NCBI GenBank assembly: GCA_951406725.2
Contig: OX597832.1
Coordinates: forward strand, 42,842,001 to 42,906,000
Direction: 5' to 3'
DNA: 64,000 nucleotides
From: Octopus vulgaris
Lineage: Eukaryota
Shown here one piece after another: positions 57,850-64,000 of the stretch (within the stretch, counting starts at the first letter, position 1; every line of letters begins with the position of its first letter). Position numbers and translations under genes: made by a program. The notes below the pieces were generated by a model, which saw only the letters and a list, made by a program, of their open reading frames with translations, ran no database searches and was not told where the DNA came from.

Positions 57850-57863
57850 ATTATTATTATTGA

Positions 57864-57923
<60 letters not shown>

Positions 57924-57975
57924 CATCATTGTTGTTGTTGTTGTTGTTGTTATTATTATTATTATTATTATTATT

Positions 57976-58390
57976 AGGCGTAGGAGTGGCTGTGTGGTAA
58001 GTAGCTTGCGTACCAACCACATGGTTCCGGGTTCAGTCCCACTGCGTGGCACCTTGGGCAAGTGTCTTCTACAATAGCCTCGACCGACCAAAGCCTTATG
58101 AGTGGATTTGGTAGACGGAAACTGAAAGAAGCCTGTCGTATATATGTATATATATGTGTATGTGTGTGTATATGTTTGTGTGTGTCTGTGTTTGTCACCC
58201 CTCCCAACATCGCTTGACAACCGATGGTGGTGTGTTTACGTCCCCGTAACTTTAGCGGTTCGGCAAAAGAGGCCGATAGAATAAGTACTAGGCTTCCAAA
58301 GAATAAGTCTTGGGGTCCAATTGCTCGACTAAAGGCGGTGCTCCAGCATGGCCACAGTCAAACGACTGAAACAAGTAAAAGCGTAGAAAG
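57976..58390 (+). mobile_element. SINE group B, full length
   Basis: All group B blocks are present. Confidence 0.88.
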
Positions 58391-58709
58391 AGAGAATTAT
58401 TATTGTTGTTTATGTTGTTGTTATTAATAGTAATAGTAATTGTAGTTGTAGTGGTAGTGTAGTAGTAGTAGTAGTAATTTTAGTGGTGGTGCTGAGAGTA
58501 GCAGTAGTGGTAGTGGTAATAGTAGCAGTGGTGGTGATGGTGGTGGTGATGGTGGTGGTGGCGTTAACATCAGTAGCAGTAATAGTAGAAGTAGTAGTAA
58601 TTTTAGTGGTGGTGTTGAGAGTAGCAGAGGTGGAGATGGTGGTGGTGTTAGCAGCAGTAGCAGCAATAGTAGAAATAGTAGCAGTGGTGGAGGTGGTGGT
58701 GGTGGTGTT

Positions 58710-58743
<34 letters not shown>

Positions 58744-58773
58744 AGAGTAGTAGTAGAGTAGTAGTAGTAGTGA

Positions 58774-58809
<36 letters not shown>

Positions 58810-58814
58810 TAGTG

Positions 58815-58930
<116 letters not shown>

Positions 58931-59842
58931 CTTGGCAGCAGCAACGGTAGCAGTAATGACTTAAATATTTCATGAAAAAAAATTTTTTTATAGTAACCAA
59001 AGATAAGGACGACATCGACGAAGAAGAGCTGTAAAGAGCAGGTGGAAGTATTAGAGAGGAGAGAGAGAAAGTAAAAAAAAAAAAAATAATAATAATAATA
59101 ACGGTAAATAAAAAAAAAAAGAAAACAATTAGCATCTGGCACAGAAGCATGTGTGCGTGTGTATGTGTACAGATATATATGTGTGTGTGGTGTGTGCGCT
59201 CTGTATGTATGCGCGACGTATGGGCCATACGAATGTGTATGCGTGTGGATGGTGTGGGATCGTTAAATAGCTTAATGGAAGCATTAAGGAGATTTTAGTT
59301 GAAGAACAGAAAAGAAAAAAAACACAGGAAGATCCCAAACAATAAAACTAGGCAGCACCATACTGCGAAGATATGTTGAACAGGTGAAAGCAATGTGTCT
59401 TGGGATCGTTGGAGACAGGGTGTTGTTGATTCCGTCGTGGTAAGGGTTTCCTGCTTGGGGAAGGGTCTCGGTTAGGGGTTTTTTTCTGCGGGGTTAAGGT
59501 CGCTGGTAAGGTTTTTGTTGTTAGTTATTTGTTTTCTTGTTACTTTTATTTGTTGTTCGTCTTCTTTCTTTTATCGTTTGTCTTATACTTGTTTCATTTA
59601 TTTGCCTGCGGCCATGCTGGAGCACCGTGGTGAAGGGTTTCGTCGAACAAGGCGACCACACTACCTGTCATTGTTGTTGTTGTTGCAATTATTTTTTTTT
59701 CTTTTGGTTTTTTGCAAGTCTGGTACATATTCTATCGGTCTCTCTTTTACCGAATTGCGAACTTGTGGGGACGTAAACAAACGAACCCTGGTTGTCAGTT
59801 GACGTGGGAAACAAAAACACATACATACATACATGCGTATAC

Positions 59843-59914
<72 letters not shown>

Positions 59915-59950
59915 TTCTCTCTGTCTCCTTATATATATATATATATATAT

Positions 59951-60160
59951 AAAGTTAATCCAAACAAGAAAACAAAAAAACACAACAACGCAAAGACGTG
60001 GAACAAATAAAGTATTATTGGACGCTCAGGAAAGAAGGGAAGAAGGAGGGTTTAACGTTTCGAGCGGAGCTATTCGTCGGAAACATAGGAGAAGGAAAGA
60101 TCCCGAGAAGGGAAGACAGAGGAAAAAAAATCGCCAGTGGTACAGACGAGGTCACATACG

Positions 60161-60198
<38 letters not shown>

Positions 60199-60269
60199 CG
60201 TATGTGACCTCGTCTGTACCACTGGCGATTTTTTTCCCTCTGTCTTCCCTTCTCGGGATCTTTCCTTCT

Positions 60270-60274
<5 letters not shown>
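59951..60274 (-). mobile_element. Family P2 element with inverted terminal duplication (190-bp palindrome)
   Basis: Core CCGACGA-ATAGCTCCGCTC-GAAAC at 60057-60080(-). Arms 60085-60163 / 60196-60274 surround (TA)n. Confidence 0.8.
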
Positions 60275-60319
<45 letters not shown>

Positions 60320-60514
60320 TGTATGTGTGTGTGTGTGTGAAGTTGCAGGCGTGGCTGTGTGGTATGAAGCTGCTCCCCAACCACATAGCTCCAACCATAT
60401 GGTTCCACCCACATGGTTGATTCCCACTGCCTGGCACCTTCTATTATAGCCGCCGGCCGACCAAAGCCTTGTGAGTGAATTTGCCAGAAAAAAACTGAAA
60501 GAAGTCACAATAAG

Positions 60515-60638
60515 CTAAAATTCAAGTACCAACGCTTATAATTTGCGAAAGAGACTCTGTGAGACCTCTAACAACAAGTTGCTGTCTGCTCTCACAGAAT
60601 CAACGAGAGCAAGTAAGACCGTGAGTTCTGACAAGTAA

Positions 60639-60640
<2 letters not shown>
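60515..60640 (+). mobile_element. Possible R4/Dong LINE 3' end followed by (TAA)n
   Basis: STNAYNLRKRL resembles the R4-clade C-terminal xTAHILRKxL. A short UTR and TAA repeats follow. Confidence 0.35.
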
Positions 60641-60694
<54 letters not shown>

Positions 60695-60704
60695 TAATAA
60701 TAAT

Positions 60705-60989
60705 TTGTTGTAGTTAGGAATGGTCATTTTGCCAGTTTAGCCAATAAAATCACACGCACTATATATATTTAGTGTTACTTTGCTTCAGCGTTATTTATAT
60801 TTTACATTAATCTTAATTTTATTTCGGCCAGAGTTCTTTCGTCACACTCCTGTGACCGCATCAGTGGCCCTTTGCTTTCTTCTTTCTTCTTTGCGTGTCT
60901 CTCCTTACTAAGCAAAGTAACACCAAATATATAGTGCGTGTTTTTTTTATTGGCTAAACTGGCAAAATGACCATTCCTAAATACAACAA
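60705..60989. mobile_element. Element with ~80-bp inverted termini and an internal hammerhead, in (AAT)n
   Basis: IRs at 60705-60785 / 60910-60989. Confidence 0.8.
60826..60869 (-). ncRNA. Minimal type I hammerhead, A9C variant
   Basis: GGCCA-CTGATGC-G-GTCACA-GGAG-TGTGAC-GAAA-G-AA-CTC-TGGCC: 5-bp helix I, 6-bp helix II, CUC triplet. Confidence 0.7.
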
Positions 60990-61027
60990 TATCCACATCA
61001 AAAATCTTACAAAACAAATATATAAAC

Positions 61028-61092
<65 letters not shown>

Positions 61093-61127
61093 TGGATACT
61101 CAATAATAATTGAATACTCAACATAAT

Positions 61128-61555
61128 TGGATACTCAAGGCCCTTGAAATATGTGAGATCTCTCCTACAATCTCCAAATTCTTACAAGGTAGCATGGCCA
61201 AGTGGATCACATGTCTCCTTCTAGACCACAGTAATGGGATGAGCTAAACTAACAACAACATCAAACGAGGCATCTTTCAAAGTGACTCTCTCTCTCTCTC
61301 TCTCTCCACTAGTCTTTTGCATGGCACTGATCCCACTCTCAAACGAATCAATGCATGGGTTCACTGTTTAGAATACGAGACAATAAGCCCCCTGTTTTAC
61401 ATGGACGATCTGAGGCTGTCTGCTAGAGATGACGAAGAGCTTGTGGGATTGCTAGCAATTGTTAAAGAATTCAGCAATGACATAAGAATGGACTCTGGCC
61501 ATAAGAAGTGTGTTAAAGCAACCTTTGTAAGCGGCAAGCTCAGGCAAACAGCTTC
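61128..61555 (+). pseudogene. R4/Dong-clade non-LTR retrotransposon reverse transcriptase fragment
   Basis: WILKALEI..KRGIFQSDSLS..PLVFCMALIPLS..ISPLFYMDDLRL..IVKEFSNDIRMDSGHKKC. YMDD at 61398-61409. Contains stops and frameshifts and is preceded by (TAA)n. Confidence 0.88.
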
Positions 61556-62028
61556 CTTTACATGTTCTTGAAGTCCTGCCCGATTTTCTTCAAAGAAAAG
61601 ATTATAGTTACGGGTTGGAATGTATTTGATCAGGACTAACCTGGGGTTATAAGCAACAACAACAACGTCAACCACAGAAACAGCATAAATGCCATCAACA
61701 ATACTGAACTACAATTAAGTCCGGTTTTCTTCTATTTCGCCTTAGTTCTCTCTTTTCTCTCTCATTCTCTATTTCTCTATCTCTCTCCCTTTCACCTTAT
61801 TCTCTATTTCTTAACCTCATTCCCTCCTTCTTTCTCTCTCTCTCTCTCTCTCTCTGTTTCTCTCTCTCCAACCTCATACTCCCTCTTTCTGTCTTTTAAC
61901 TCTCTGCTGGTTTTTAACAATTAGAACATTTATGATTATATTCTCGTGTTTCAAACTCCAAACTACTGCAAGAATTTCTAAAAGAATATCTAAAATTTTA
62001 GTCTTTAAGTGCTTGACTCGAGGCATCG

Positions 62029-62063
<35 letters not shown>

Positions 62064-62884
62064 ATTACTTATTTTTAAAAATAAAACCATGATAAATATT
62101 GACTGCATCAAATATTGACAAAATAGCCGTAGGGTGTATTTTATCTCTTGACATCTGTAAAAATCATAAATATTCCTCGTTTAAAAATTAATATTTTTAT
62201 CTTTTCTCTTCGCCTCCTCAAACCGAATTCTTCCACTCGTAGCTTCAAATTCATTCTTTCTAAGAATTAATACTTCTACATTGATGTGAAGCTAAACATC
62301 ATTATTGATTACGAAAACGGAGGACGCTAAAGGGGCGGAAACGGTAAAATATTGAACAATATCGTGCAGTATGTGGTTATGTCCTTTTAATTTCCCAAGT
62401 CCAAATCTTGTGAGGATCTGACTAACTTTATTTTTCCTCCTTCAGGGCTCGATAATATAAGTGCTACTAAAGTATGAAAATTGATGAGTCTCACAAGGGC
62501 CCTTTCTCAAAATTTATAACCCTGGTAACAAATTTAGAAATCGTTATTATGAGTTATTTCTTCTATTTTATTTGGCATTACCATTCATTTCTTCTTCTGA
62601 GGCTCTCGCTTATTTTATTATTTATTTATTTATTCATTTATTTATTTATTTTTTTTTTGCTTTTCTCTTGCTCTCCTATAATTTTTCCCGGCTCAACCTT
62701 ACTCTCCTATTTTCATTGCCAGCAAATTTTTTTTTTTTCAACTTCTTTTCTTTTTATCATAATTTTGACATCGAGATTCTTTGTTTCCTTATTTCTCTAC
62801 TTTTCCCATTATCAAAAACATTTCCTGGCTTTAAAAAATCTAAAAAAAAAAAATCTCATTATGTACACGAACCATTGAAGGAAC

Positions 62885-63730
62885 TCCCAAGATGCGAGCC
62901 TAAAGTCGATTATGTCACATTTTTGCGGAAGACATATCACATATGACCAGCAGCTGCCTAAAATGTCATTAAGGAACTATCTTCCAAAGCGGCATCATGT
63001 TGTTGCTAAAACAATATACAAATGCTAGCCATAAGAAGAACGCCCTAAGATAGAGTAAATGTTAAGCATTACCCTTTTATTGAATGTGTACGTATTAAGT
63101 CATATTAGTGGAAGATTTTCATCAATGATTCCATGTGCAAACATAGCGAGTCTGACAGAATTGTTTTGGAGAAAAACAAAAACAAACGAGCAAACTATAT
63201 CACTTTTACACTTTTACTTGTTTCAGTCATTTGACTGTGGCTATGCTGGAGCACTGCCTTTAGTCGGCAAATCGACCCCAGGACATATTCTTCGTAAGCC
63301 TAGTACTTATTCTATCGGTCCCTTTTGCCGAAGTTACGGGGGACGTAAACACACCAGCATCGGTTGTCAAGCGATGTTGGGGGACAAATACAAACACACA
63401 AACGTATACACACACATACATATATATATATACGTATACATATATACGACGGGCTTCTTTCAGTTTCCGTCTACCAAATCCACTCACAAGGCTTTGGTCG
63501 GCCCGAGGCTATAGTAGAAGACACTTGCCCAAGGTGCCACGCAATGGGACTGAACCCAGAACTATGTGGTTGGTAAGCAATCTACTTACAACACAGCCAC
63601 TCCTACGTCTAGCTGTCCTACAGAAAGGAATGAGAAACGATTCCGAAATCAGTAAGAAAAATAACATTTGCAACCAGCTGCTTCAAAGTCTTCAATTCTT
63701 TTTCACAATTCCAATTTCATATTTACGCAT
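62885..63730 (+). pseudogene. R4/Dong-clade C-terminal zinc knuckle and restriction-like endonuclease fragment, interrupted by a SINE
   Basis: With frameshifts: (S)RLCHIFAEDISHMTSSC..NYLPKRHHVVAKTIY..Y*WKIFI..CKHSESDRIV..SCP..EISKKNNICNQLLQSLQ. Corresponds to the CCHC, RHD and PD-(D/E)xK regions. Confidence 0.7.
63205..63608 (-). mobile_element. SINE group B, full length, nested in the Dong remnant
   Basis: All group B blocks are present. Confidence 0.88.
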
Positions 63731-63915
63731 TTAAAAACAGTTGATTTTTGTAAGTAAATATTTGCACATGGAAGCTTTGATGAAAATCTTCCACTAATAT
63801 GATTTAATATGTACACATTCAATAAATATTTATTCTATCTCAGGGCGTTCTTCTTATGGGTAGCATTTGTATATTGTTTTAGCAATAACATGATGCCGCA
63901 TTGGAAGATAGTTCC

Positions 63916-64000
63916 AATGCTAGAACGGGACAACACTGCATAGTGCCAAAGATCCCAGCAATGCCATCACGCTTCAGGACCATCTTCTGCAACAGCCTGG
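63916..64000 (+). mobile_element. CR1/L2-type LINE ORF2 C-terminal fragment (runs off the window)
   Basis: NARTGQHCIVPKIPAMPSRFRTIFCNSL resembles the segment preceding the GPxLFNxLP motif (from memory). Confidence 0.5.

Overview
This is AT-rich eukaryotic intergenic or intronic DNA saturated with microsatellites: (TA)n, (CA)n, (TATG)n, (TCTA)n, (TAA)n, (CAT)n and (CAC)n. The repeat complement points to an octopus or other coleoid genome (inference, not searched). No intact protein-coding gene is evident, and nearly all supplied ORFs are microsatellite or SINE artefacts. Recognisable content: about 40 copies of three tRNA-derived SINE groups with modular heads and tails, a ~555-bp (TAA)n-associated non-autonomous element, decayed LINE pieces (R4/Dong RT and endonuclease, CR1-like ends, Tx1/L1-like ORF1, RTE 5' piece), mariner/Tc1 remnants and a 1.04-kb solo LTR. 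The most notable signal is a set of at least 10 short elements embedded in microsatellites that carry hammerhead-ribozyme (HHR) motifs, as expected for Penelope-like element termini. One is a complete canonical type I HHR with a very long helix II (53007-53111). Several have recurrent non-canonical cores, and several form fold-backs with an HHR on each strand. A tandemly duplicated 29-nt microexon candidate and a phase-compatible short terminal exon (...DEEEL*) may belong to a cryptic host gene. All calls were made by eye, so boundaries of degenerate repeats are approximate.
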